Position numbers and translations under genes: made by a program. 64,000 nucleotides of DNA from positions 249,682 to 313,681 of the forward strand of contig CBDBGZ010000004.1 in NCBI GenBank assembly GCA_965205425.1, given 5' to 3'. Within the stretch, counting starts at the first letter, position 1. Each line of letters begins with the position of its first letter. Positions 44,612 through 54,877 of the stretch are shown piece after piece. The stretch is from Nitrosopumilus sp. (GTDB lineage Archaea > Thermoproteota > Nitrososphaeria > Nitrososphaerales > Nitrosopumilaceae). The notes beneath the pieces are model-generated. The model worked only from the letters and a program-made list of their open reading frames with translations, was not told the DNA's origin and did not search any database.

Positions 44612-44896
44612 GGGTGTGTCCTAAAAGTAGACAAATATAACAATTTTATTCAATTCTGTAACATGTTGATCGCATGGAATCACAACAACCATGCAAAACA
44701 AATCAAAAAGAGACTGCAGTAGATGTCAAATCAAAGCAGATTACAGGTTTGGAAATAACAGATGACAAGTCACATGATTCAAAACATTTCACATCTCTAG
44801 TTGAGCAATCAAAACAATCTGGAAATGTTAGAAAAGTTCTAACTGATGGTGCATATGATGTCAAAGATAATTTCTAATCTTATGGAATCACAACAA
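44612..44896 (+). pseudogene. IS5-like left end fused to a fragment of a different IS5-family transposase
   Basis: First 105 bp match the 52152-52256 end, then AVDVKSKQITGLEIT...HDS...DGAYD. Confidence 0.75.
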
Positions 44897-44899
44897 ACT

Positions 44900-47060
44900 G
44901 TTGCTTCTGTCTTGTCTTGAAATTTACATTCTACATACGATGTCACTTGTTGCATCATCATACCTGCACAATCTATTCCTAAATGTCTCAGAATTAATCC
45001 TAAACTTTTTGATTTGAGAGATAATATGTTCTATAGTTTAGGCATATAAATTTTGAATGAATTATCAACTATTTTAACCCAAAAGATCTATGATCATAGT
45101 TTATACTTACAGAATCATGTCAAAACAAACTAAAGCATTAATGGTATCTTCAGGAAGCCATTTCATGAAAGGAACAAGCATTAATTTTTTAAGAAAAACA
45201 TGCAAGAATGAAAAAAATGCAAAAGCAAAGATAAGACTAAAGGCTGCAATACTAAGAAAACAAGATATTCCGTATTCTGTGATATGTGCCAGTTTGGATG
45301 TCATACCATCAACTCTGTCCTACTGGCTAAATCGAATGGATAAAGAGGGAATAACGGCATCACACCGCAAGAAATATTCTGGTTCTAGATGTTTTCTAAA
45401 TAAAAAACAACTAGTGTCATTAAGAGATGATCTAATTTCAGGTCCAGAAAAGTTTGGATTCAATCAATTCATGTGGAGTACAAGAATGGTAATTACACAT
45501 GTGAATAAAAAATACAACACGCTATACTCTGCACGTGGAATGCGTGAATTGCTACACAGAATTGGATTCTCATCTAAAAAACCAAGACCAACTCATCATA
45601 AATCAGCCTCAAAAGAGGAGCAGAACCGTTTTAAAAAAACGCAAAAAGGACAGTCAACAAATATTCCAAATTGGGATACACCACACTATGTCTGGACGAG
45701 TCAACAAATAAGGTAGCACCCAACATAAAGCGCGGATGGTATCTTGCAGGCAATAACATCACCACACCAATTAATTATACTCGAGAAAAATTTCAATCAT
45801 TTGGTGCATTGGGGAATAACGGCATATTTTTTTGCAGGTTCTATGATAAATCAAACACAGACTCATTTCTTGATTTTTTAGAGTCACTGCAAAAACAATT
45901 TGGTAAGAAACTGTTATTATTTGCAGATAATGCATCATACCACAAAAGTTTCAGAGTAAAAGAATTTCTCAAAGCATCAAAAAATAAAGTGATAATTAGA
46001 TATTTTCCTGCATACACTCCAGAATTAAACCCAATTGAGATACAGTGGAGAGAAGAGAAAAAGGGAACTGCAAACCAATTCTTCGTCAATGGCTCTGAAA
46101 TGAAAAAACACATGCAGAAGAGACTAGATAATGGAGCGGTTCGAGTTGTTAAAGTGTTCAAATATTTAATGCCTTAACTATACTTTAATTCGGATTCTTG
46201 ACTGTATCTTGTTCCATTCCTTTTGATGTATGGTTAGTTTTTTTCCTTTCTTTTTCTTGTATGGTAGAATGCTTGTCTGTTCTGGAAAATCTTTTTCCAC
46301 TTCCAAATACCCAAGGTCATAAAATATCATCACATCTTCGTGTAGTGCAGGATGTCTGATTTTCAGTATCGTATAATCATGTTTTTTACCTGGAGAATGT
46401 GGGGGGGTTTGTGGATTATCTCACCTTTCTGGTTTACGGTGTTTGGTTTTTTACCGTATGTTTTTTCTTTTTGCCTGAATAGTGAGAGTCTTTCTTTTCT
46501 TTTTGTTCTGGAGTCGTCTTGGGATTGGTTGTTCAGTACCATCAGTCATTGCAATCAATCCTGGAAAGAATCGTTGGAGTTGCTGCTGCTGTACATCATT
46601 GATCTTTTTGGAATCAGAGTATAGTTTTACAGGAATAGGAATTGACTTTCTTACTGCAGGCTCTAAATATCTGATGTTTCTGTAGACGTTGCTCTGTGTG
46701 GTCCAATCCAAACAGATATCCTGTCAATTCGCATGTCAGGTATAGTCGATAGTAAACAAGCAGCATTACAAGCTGGTCTTCAAGACTCAAATCAAACTTT
46801 CGTCCAGCTCCGATACTTTTTTTTCTCTTTACTTTGGATAGTCTCTTCTTTTCTTCTATACGGTGATTCTTTCTGACATCCTTTAGAATCACATCAAACT
46901 GTTGCCTAGTCACTCCAGTAAAAGAGAGAAATGATCTTGGCTTTTTTGAGAGTTGCTTGTATGTTAACATGAAATGTGTTAGGTTGTTCTTAGCTTTGGA
47001 TCTTACTGTGAAGGAATTTGTGTAATATGGTAAAATATGTCTAATTACGCAAGAGGTCTA
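44900..47060 (-). mobile_element. Degenerate IS5-family (ISL2/IS702-like) element interrupted by IS630; 3' boundary approximate
   Basis: End TAGACCTCTTGC at 47060; frameshifted transposase from 46970 with FTGV...GAGRK, YYRLY, DGTEQPI.R, HD and IEH motifs. Confidence 0.8.
45034..46180 (+). mobile_element. IS630-family element type 1, copy 2
   Basis: 1147 bp; TA duplication; ORFs 45090-45716 and 45671-46177 joined by a -1 shift at the A7 run 45633-45639. Confidence 0.95.
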
Positions 47061-47067
47061 ATGTAGA

Positions 47068-48699
47068 TTATTCTGATGGGTTAGTGACTCGTCCGATAAA
47101 GAGAATATTTCCAGTAGTGTTATCTTGAATCACAAATAGAAATGGATGATCAGCTATTATTGGCATAGATGCAGATTGCAAAGTCATTAAGAATCCAGTA
47201 GCTGCTGCAGCTTCGGTTCCTTTTTCATTTACATTTACAAATGCTTTGTGAACTGCCTCGCTTACAAATAATTGTGAATTAGACATTCCAGAAAAATCTG
47301 CTGCAATTGGATCAAATGCATCAACCATTCCAAGGTTTTTCAAAATGGGATTTAATCCATAATCAGTTTCTAGCTCAAATTTTGGAATAGACACATTAGT
47401 TTTTTTGCTGTAAAGGGAATTTTGCCAAGTATCAAGAGTTTCTGCAGAAAGATTTTCCTCAATTGAGGACAAACCATCTTTTTCATGAGGCAAAATGATT
47501 AGCATTGATAGTTTGTCTCCCTTATACGGAAGCTGTACAATTTGCAAATCTTCTGTCCGTGTAGAATTCAAATATTTTGTTCCAAGATTCATCATTGGAA
47601 CATCAATACTTTCATCAGGAGTTATCCAAAATGGAGCATCTCGAGTATTTTCAGCATCAAATGGATATGCCCATGTTCCATTAAAGTAAATGGCATTTGT
47701 GATTCCTAATTTTGTGTCAGGTCTTGGTTCTGGTGGAAATAATTCTGTAATTTTTTCTTGAGTTTTCTCGGACACCCATTCATTAATTACATCTACACCG
47801 TTAGTTTCAAAATCAACAGTTTCAACTTTACTGTCATAAAATGTACTTGCAATATCGACATATTCTGAATGTGGATTAAATCCTTCTTGAATCCACAATC
47901 CATTTGCAACATCTAGGCGATATTCAGAGTTGATTTGATTTAGAAGATAGTTAGCATATTGAAACTCTAATTGTCTAGTTGAAGAATCCGATGAAAAATC
48001 AAATATTTGTTGCATTTCATCAGCAGTATTTTCTCTTGCTCCTTCATAGACTATAGCTGCTGCTGTAGAAATACTCCAAGGTGAGAAGAAAACATTATCA
48101 ACATTATCTTGAGAAACATCAGAATAGAAATCAAGTGCAAATTGATTATTTGCATTTACAGTATGAGATATGTCAACAGGAGGTAATACTTTGGAAGATT
48201 TTAGAATATTTGTTAAAGTATATTTTAAAGAAGAAGCATCAGCTGGTGGATTTTCAATTTTAGTAATTTCTACATTAATTTTGTATGCGGTTCCTTCTTG
48301 ATATTCAAATCCATCAATGTTTCCATAAAACATTCCCCATTCATCATCAGAATTTTCTCTAACTAACATACATTGTTGTGGAGCTACACCAACACAATCG
48401 ACAAGTTTAGAGTCAATGTAAAGAGTTGAAATTTTGGGTTCATCTGGATTTACAATATTAGACACTAGAATAATCCATCCACGCAGATTTAATTTCTCAG
48501 CAGTTTGAGGGTAAACGCAGGCAAAATCACCATTTGGTCTTTCAACTAATACACTAGCATCATACCAACAACCAAATTCATCAGAATCATAGCCCCATTC
48601 TTTTTGCATCTTCAGAGATGGGCCTCCTGCATGTGCACTGGTTGCAAGAAGAGTTCCTGAAATTAAAACTGCTAATAAAATAGGAAAAAACTTGTTCAT
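47068..48699 (-). CDS. Secreted serpin with N-terminal DUF4377-like domain
   Basis: Signal peptide from MNKFF; DCVGVAPQQCM...PPADASS; serpin motifs NVFFSPWS, NAIYFNGTW, EKGTEAAAAT and ADHPFLF. Confidence 0.95.
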   Translation of the reverse strand: MNKFFPILLAVLISGTLLATSAHAGGPSLKMQKEWGYDSDEFGCWYDASVLVERPNGDFACVYPQTAEKLNLRGWIILVSNIVNPDEPKISTLYIDSKLVDCVGVAPQQCMLVRENSDDEWGMFYGNIDGFEYQEGTAYKINVEITKIENPPADASSLKYTLTNILKSSKVLPPVDISHTVNANNQFALDFYSDVSQDNVDNVFFSPWSISTAAAIVYEGARENTADEMQQIFDFSSDSSTRQLEFQYANYLLNQINSEYRLDVANGLWIQEGFNPHSEYVDIASTFYDSKVETVDFETNGVDVINEWVSEKTQEKITELFPPEPRPDTKLGITNAIYFNGTWAYPFDAENTRDAPFWITPDESIDVPMMNLGTKYLNSTRTEDLQIVQLPYKGDKLSMLIILPHEKDGLSSIEENLSAETLDTWQNSLYSKKTNVSIPKFELETDYGLNPILKNLGMVDAFDPIAADFSGMSNSQLFVSEAVHKAFVNVNEKGTEAAAATGFLMTLQSASMPIIADHPFLFVIQDNTTGNILFIGRVTNPSE

Positions 48700-48721
48700 T
48701 TTCTTTTTGTTCAGCAAGATC

Positions 48722-48729
48722 TTATAAAG
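48722..48729 (-). promoter_or_regulatory. TATA box of the serpin gene
   Basis: CTTTATAA about 25 bp upstream of ATG 48699. Confidence 0.55.
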
Positions 48730-48811
48730 TGTTCTACTCATAGGGGGTGTGTCCTAAAACTATCCTCTAACATGTTTTGTAACCCCCATCAAATTAACAA
48801 CTCGTATGTTG

Positions 48812-50179
48812 GTACGTGTTTAGGTCCAGACTCACACATATTTCACAATTTCATCTAAAATATTGCAATTCCTAACCTTCCATGTCATAATACAACTCAT
48901 TAAATTTCCAAACATTCTCATACCCTTCTCATTCCTAACACATCCACGAATCTTTCTACAAATTACTGACTCTCGTAATGCACGCTCAGCTGCATTGTTT
49001 GTTGGTTCCACTCCTGGATATAGCAAAAATGTGAACAGGTTATTCTTTGCGTTATTAATCTTGGTTAGAAATTTTTGTAATGATTCATCATCAGTATATT
49101 GCAACAGGATTTGCTCCAATGACAGTATGGCAGAATCATACAGAAAATAATTTGGTTTCTCTATTTTGTATAATGTGATGTATACAAACAATTCTTTCAA
49201 AGATTGATACAATGAGGTAGAATTGTCTGTTTCTAGTTTTTCTGATGTGTGTCTTGCCTCACGCAGTATGTGGGCCCAGCACCTCTGTCTGATACTAAAC
49301 ATATGGTATGGCATCCATCCATCACAGACTGCAACTCCTGCAAATGATGGGAAATGTTTCTGTAACACATTTTTGCCTCGACTTTTCTCAACTGTGATAA
49401 AACACGAGTTCTGGTTCACTCCAGTCCATACCCATCCCGTATTTCCATGAATGGAATATTTTGTCTCATCAAAATGCGCAGATTTTGAGGCACAGATGTC
49501 ATCTCTGATTTTCTCTACGACAGGTTCTAGTGCTGCAGAAGTGTTACACAGACAATTGTTGATTGTACCTGCAGATATTTTTATACAATAAAATGATTGA
49601 AGCATCTTTGCAATGTTTCTTAGTGTAATTCTAGCTGACCACAGAGATAGTATGATCCCTGTCAAATTAAATCCCAAATTTCCTTTCTGGGGTATTGCAC
49701 AATCAGATGTCGTTGTGTTGCCGCAGTTGTTGCAAAAGTATGAGTGGATTACGTGTTTGGTTATGATAACTGGTTGCGGTTTTGGAATTTCTGCAATGAT
49801 TCTGGTTTGTTGTGTGGTTTGTTCTATCTTCTTGCTGCTACATATTGAGCATTGGTCTGTTTTGTGAAGAATGGTCTCTGTTGGTTTGAAATTAGTAGTT
49901 GTTCCCTTGTGTCCCGGCTTTTGTCCTGGTTTGTTGTGATGGTTTGATTTTCTGTTCTTCTTTTGTTTCCTCCAATGGAGAGAATCAGATGATGGCGGAG
50001 AGTTTGGGTTATCATAGTAAGATAATTTTGATTCCAGCTGCTTGATTTTGATTTCCAATTCTATATTTTTTCTTGCCAAATCATCACAGTTTTTGCACGG
50101 TTTAGAGTCCATTATTTCTTGAAAATTCTTCTCTGATCTAAATTATTCGGTTTAATCTAGGCGTGACCTAAACACATAC
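48812..50179 (-). mobile_element. IS66-family element, copy 3 (intact ORF 48832-50112)
   Basis: 1368 bp; TSD GTATGTTG. Confidence 0.96.
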
Positions 50180-50949
50180 GTATGTTGTAACAAATTACAC
50201 GCAACGCCAACTCTTTTCTTTGAACCAACTTGTTTTTTGATGACAAGCTATTTCCAAAGATTCTTTTGAGTACTGCAAATACTGATTCAACAAGTGACCT
50301 CTTGTGATAATGTCTGTCAAATTCATCTTGATTGTCCTGGAATAATGTTATCATTTTTTTCCATGATGCAGAGCCTTTGGGATTTCTAACTGTGTTCTTC
50401 TTTGGTTTGATGTATGGTATCTTTTGCAGAGTAGCTAGCTACCATATTGCAAATGTCTCGTGACAAATATGCAGGATCTGCACAAAAATCACCAATTCCC
50501 TTTGGAATGTCTTTGATTAGTTTTTTGAGAATTGGTGCATCACCACGAGTTCCTTTGGTAATGTCAAAAGATACTACTATTGCCATGGTCTGTATTGCAA
50601 TTAGGATGTGCAGTTTTAGATATAATTTCTTGGATTTGTGTGCGTGTTTGTCTTGATGTCAAACCAAGCCTCACATCTTTTGGTACCAAATCCTGAACTG
50701 TCAGGAGCTATGTTTTTTTTTTTGATTGGTTCTGTGAGTTTTGCGTTTACCTTTTTCAAACAAGGCATTGGAATTCTTTTTAGACCATCATTAATGACAG
50801 TCTTGCTTGGTGCTTTTTTGAGCTCCATTATTTCCAACAGATCCGGCCTTGATCTCAAGTGGGACTTTATGAAACGATAATCCAATCCAAACTTTACCTT
50901 TAGCATTGCACAGACATTATCTTTGCTTTTGTTGGAAATGCAGGACGTC

Positions 50950-52045
50950 TACCTCAGATCATAAGTCTTTTCAATTTATTGTTCTTGCAAAATACTGATA
51001 CATATTCAAATTAAATTTGTGGGTTCTAAAATATTCCATAACTGTATGTCTCATCTCATGAATAGATTCATAAAATTCTGATTCAACATTAACATGTTTG
51101 CACTGTCTCCAAATCTCTTCAATCATACTCAAATGCGGGGAGCCTCTCGGAAGATATGCCAGTTTGACATCCTTGTTTTTGTGCAGATATTTTTTCACAT
51201 CATTAGCTTTGTGTTGTGGTGCCCTATCAACGATAACAAATATTTTCCCGAATTTTTTACGAGCTGCCTCCAAATAATCCATAAATGCAATTGCGTTAAA
51301 TTTTTCATACGATCTAAAAAAACTTTGATTGCCATCTGTCACCATTCCATAAACCAAAAATCTTTGATGTGATCCTCTCCAAGGTACAATCATTCGTTGG
51401 TGTACATCTGTCCAGTATTTTTTGCCAAGACGTACATCGTCTACAAATACAGACTCATCTTGGATGAATACTGTAAAACCTTTCTTTTTTGCCTTTTCTA
51501 TGCGTGAAATGATGCGGTTTTTCCACTTGCGGCATGTATCCTTGGATGCTGCTCGCACATGTACCTTTTGTGGAACCTTTGGTTTTAGATTCCATTTGTG
51601 CATCAAACGACGCACATGAGTGATATGATATGTAATGCGTGTTCTGTAAAATATGAACTGCATCAGTTTTTTTGGAGTCATGCCGTCTGAAATTTTCTTA
51701 AATGTACGCTCTATTTTTTGTAATTTTTTGTGTGAAATTAATGGCGGACGGCCAGAACGAGGAAGGTCCTCCAGGCCCTCCAATCCATATTTTTCAAATG
51801 AATCAAGCCAATTCCTTACAGAATTGTAGGTACAAAACATTTGGTTGGCAGTTTCAGCAATTGTGAATTTGTTGATTTTAATAATGCACATTGCATGTAA
51901 TCTTGTTTTTTTGTGAATATTTTTTTCTTTTTTGTAGGCCTGGAGTAATTCGTCATTTGTAATGTCCATGAAATTATTTCTAACTACTGATCAAAAAGTA
52001 TTGCTATTTGTTTTGAAAAATTGCAAAGAATTATGCTCCGAGGTA
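50950..52045 (-). mobile_element. IS630-family element type 2 (single ORF 50971-51969)
   Basis: 20-bp imperfect TIR TACCTC.GA.CATAA.TCTT; RSGRPP, QDES, DRAPQH, SPHLSMIE motifs; flanked by TC. Confidence 0.93.
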
Positions 52046-52303
52046 TCCGCCTGTCTTTGGTTCCCATGGTGTATCCATACTCCAAACTGTCTTCTTTACT
52101 TTTTCCAAGAATAGAATCTCTTCATCCTTGCGATATGTGCCATATACTTGCCAGTCTCTTTTTGATTTGTTTTGCATAGTTGTTGTGATTCCATGCGATC
52201 AATATGTTACAGAATTGAATAAAATTATTATATTTGTCTATTTTTAGGACACACCCTAGGATTTGGCAATACGATTAAGTAAGCTAAGATTGAATTTAAA
52301 AAA

Positions 52304-53113
52304 ATGAGTTTTGAAGAATCAGATTTTAATGAAAATAATAATGATAAAGAAATTCTAGTGAAAAAATCAACTTTTAACGGATTAGTAGTTGGGCTAATTG
52401 TTTTAGTGGGGATTACAACATTCTTTGCAGGGTCTTACTTTATAAATTTAAATTCTGATCAAATTTCTAGCGATGATTTAGATAAAGCAATTGCTAAACT
52501 GGAACTAAAATTATTACAAAATCAATTACCTACAAACCAACCAACAGAACCAGTAAAAATTTCAGCAGATGATGACCCATTTTTTGGAAATCCTGATGCA
52601 CCAATTACAATAATTGAATTCTCAGATTTTCAATGTCCATTTTGTGCAAGATTCCACACTCAAACTTTGCCAGCAATTTTTACTGAATATATTGAACAAG
52701 GTAAAGTGAAATTAGTTTTCAGAGACTTTCCAATTCTACGCATTCATTCTAATGCATTATCAGCATCAGTTGCAGCAGAATGTGCAAATGATCAAGGAGA
52801 TTTCAAAGGAATGCACGATATATTATTTGAAAAACAAAATGAATGGAACCAATTAGAAACAGTAGAGGCATTATCTTTGTTTAGTCAGTATGCCTCAAAC
52901 ATGCAATTAGATCAAGAATCATTTGATTCATGCCTTACTAGTGGAAAACATATTTCAGAAATTAGAAAAGATCTTGATGATGGAAGAGATTACGGAGTGT
53001 CTGGAACCCCAGGATTTTTTGTAGGAAATGATCAGATAGGATATGTGGAATTAAAAGGAGCCCAACCATTTGAGAGTTTTAAAAAAATAATTGATGCTCA
53101 ACTAGATGCTTAA
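52304..53113 (+). CDS. DsbA/thioredoxin-like membrane-anchored oxidoreductase
   Basis: EFSDFQCPFC, GVSGTP and GAQP motifs. Confidence 0.92.
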   Translation: MSFEESDFNENNNDKEILVKKSTFNGLVVGLIVLVGITTFFAGSYFINLNSDQISSDDLDKAIAKLELKLLQNQLPTNQPTEPVKISADDDPFFGNPDAPITIIEFSDFQCPFCARFHTQTLPAIFTEYIEQGKVKLVFRDFPILRIHSNALSASVAAECANDQGDFKGMHDILFEKQNEWNQLETVEALSLFSQYASNMQLDQESFDSCLTSGKHISEIRKDLDDGRDYGVSGTPGFFVGNDQIGYVELKGAQPFESFKKIIDAQLDA

Positions 53114-53211
53114 ATAACAAGCGTTTATTAGACCACAATCGTGATCAAGCATCAGAATAATGACGAGTGGGCAACGAGCTTTTTCGTCATTGCCAAAGAG
53201 AAAAAAATAAA

Positions 53212-54531
53212 ATGACAAAATTTCAAGATTTAGGATTAAGCGACGATGTGCTGAAAGGAATTACAGATCAAGGTTTCGAAGAAGCATTTCCAATTCAAGA
53301 AGCAGTAATTCCAGTATTACTTTCAGGAAGAGATGTTGTAGGACAAGCACATACAGGTTCTGGAAAGACTGCAGCATTTGCATTATCAATGTTACAAGAA
53401 ATTCAACCAAAACAAGGAATTCAAGGGTTGATCATGGCACCAACTAGAGAACTTGCCATGCAGATTAGTGATGAAATTAAAAAATTCGGTAAACACACAG
53501 GAATCAGAATAGCAACAGTATATGGAGGACAAGGAATGGGAATCCAATTAGATGCACTTCATAGAGGAGTTGAAATTGTTGTCGCTACACCAGGAAGACT
53601 AATTGACCATCTCAAAAGAGGTTCAATTGAACTTAGGGATATTTCCCATATTGTCCTTGACGAAGCAGACACTATGTTAGACATGGGATTTGTAGATGAT
53701 ATTTCATTCATTTTAGATTTGGCGCCTGAAGAGAGAGTAATGTCATTGTTTTCAGCAACAATGCCAACTGAGATTTTAAGATTATCAGAAGAGTATTTGA
53801 ACAATCCAAAACAATTCTTGCTAGATGCAGATGATCTTAGTGGTGAAGGAATAGATCAATCATATTTGGTGATTAAAGACAGAGACAAATTCAAGTACCT
53901 AATTGACTTTATCAAACCAATTAAAGGACAAAGTATCGTCTTTTGTTCTACAAAATATAGAACCAGAGACGTGGCAAAATTCCTCCATCAAGAAAAATTT
54001 AACGCAGTAGCTATCGAAGGGAATATGTCCCAGCATAGAAGAGAACAATCAATGGGGAAATTCAGAAGCGGTAAAGCAGATATTCTTGTTGCAACAGATG
54101 TAGCATCAAGAGGGATTGATGTTCCAAGGGTAGAATTAGTGATAAATTATGATGTTCCAAACCAAGAGATGGTATATTTTCACCGAATTGGAAGAACAGC
54201 AAGAGCAGGAGCTAAAGGAAGAGCAATAACATTTGTTTCATATTCATCAGTAGGAGATTGGAATCTAGTTAAACGTCAAATTAAAGTTCCAATTACCGAT
54301 TTAAATCAAGAGATGGGAATTCAGATTTCAATTCCAGATCCATTGAAGAGACAAACACCATCAAGAAGATATGGAGGACAATCAAGATCTAATTATTCTA
54401 GAGGCGGACGTTCTGGAGGATATGGAGGTTCAAGAGGAGGAGGAGGAAATCCAAGAGATAACCGTGGAGGTAGAAGAAGAAGTGATAGAGATGGAAACAG
54501 AAACAGCTACGGTGGACGTAGTAGATGGTAA
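53212..54531 (+). CDS. DEAD-box RNA helicase
   Basis: AHTGSGKT, PTRELA, DEAD, SAT, HRIGRTAR and an RG-rich tail. Confidence 0.96.
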   Translation: MTKFQDLGLSDDVLKGITDQGFEEAFPIQEAVIPVLLSGRDVVGQAHTGSGKTAAFALSMLQEIQPKQGIQGLIMAPTRELAMQISDEIKKFGKHTGIRIATVYGGQGMGIQLDALHRGVEIVVATPGRLIDHLKRGSIELRDISHIVLDEADTMLDMGFVDDISFILDLAPEERVMSLFSATMPTEILRLSEEYLNNPKQFLLDADDLSGEGIDQSYLVIKDRDKFKYLIDFIKPIKGQSIVFCSTKYRTRDVAKFLHQEKFNAVAIEGNMSQHRREQSMGKFRSGKADILVATDVASRGIDVPRVELVINYDVPNQEMVYFHRIGRTARAGAKGRAITFVSYSSVGDWNLVKRQIKVPITDLNQEMGIQISIPDPLKRQTPSRRYGGQSRSNYSRGGRSGGYGGSRGGGGNPRDNRGGRRRSDRDGNRNSYGGRSRW

Positions 54532-54581
54532 TACTGTAAAACTTAAAGACCTGAACTGCGTATTAATTTTAAGATAAACCA

Positions 54582-54815
54582 ATGCACAAAGGATTCATTT
54601 TATTAAATTGTGACCTAGGAGCTGAAGAATACATTGTAGATGAATTAAAACAAATGCAAGATATTTCCAATGCGTATCTAACTTTTGGAGCATATGATGT
54701 AATTGCAGAAATTCAGACAGAAAATCAAGACGTATTTGAAAAAGTCATTGCAACAATTAGAAAACTATCAAGAGTAGTAAGTACAATGACACTAAATGTA
54801 ATAGTTCCCGAATAA
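54582..54815 (+). CDS. Lrp/AsnC ligand-binding domain protein
   Basis: TFGAYDVIA and IRKL..V.ST.TL motifs. Confidence 0.88.
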   Translation: MHKGFILLNCDLGAEEYIVDELKQMQDISNAYLTFGAYDVIAEIQTENQDVFEKVIATIRKLSRVVSTMTLNVIVPE

Positions 54816-54877
54816 TTGATGTGGACGATATTTTTATATTGTTTTATTTCAGAAGATAGCTTGTTTTGTGCCTAAAT

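Larger units (their letters stand above)
44612..52256. mobile_element. Composite transposon carrying a serpin gene
   Basis: 105-bp inverted ends starting GGGTGTGTCCTAAAA (4 mismatches); 9-bp TSD TAGGATTTG at 44603-44611 and 52257-52265. Confidence 0.85.
48745..52256 (-). mobile_element. Degenerate IS5-like DDE element (right arm of the composite) with nested IS66 and IS630
   Basis: Perfect 15-bp TIR GGGTGTGTCCTAAAA; fragments APDSSGF, ADPAY and YHKRSLVESVF; no TSD of its own. Confidence 0.88.

Noticed and set aside
44674..44896. 15-bp direct repeat ATGGAATCACAACAA (44674 and 44882)
   Set aside because: Both copies lie in IS-derived sequence and do not bound a definable element; cannot be separated from chance or a rearrangement scar.
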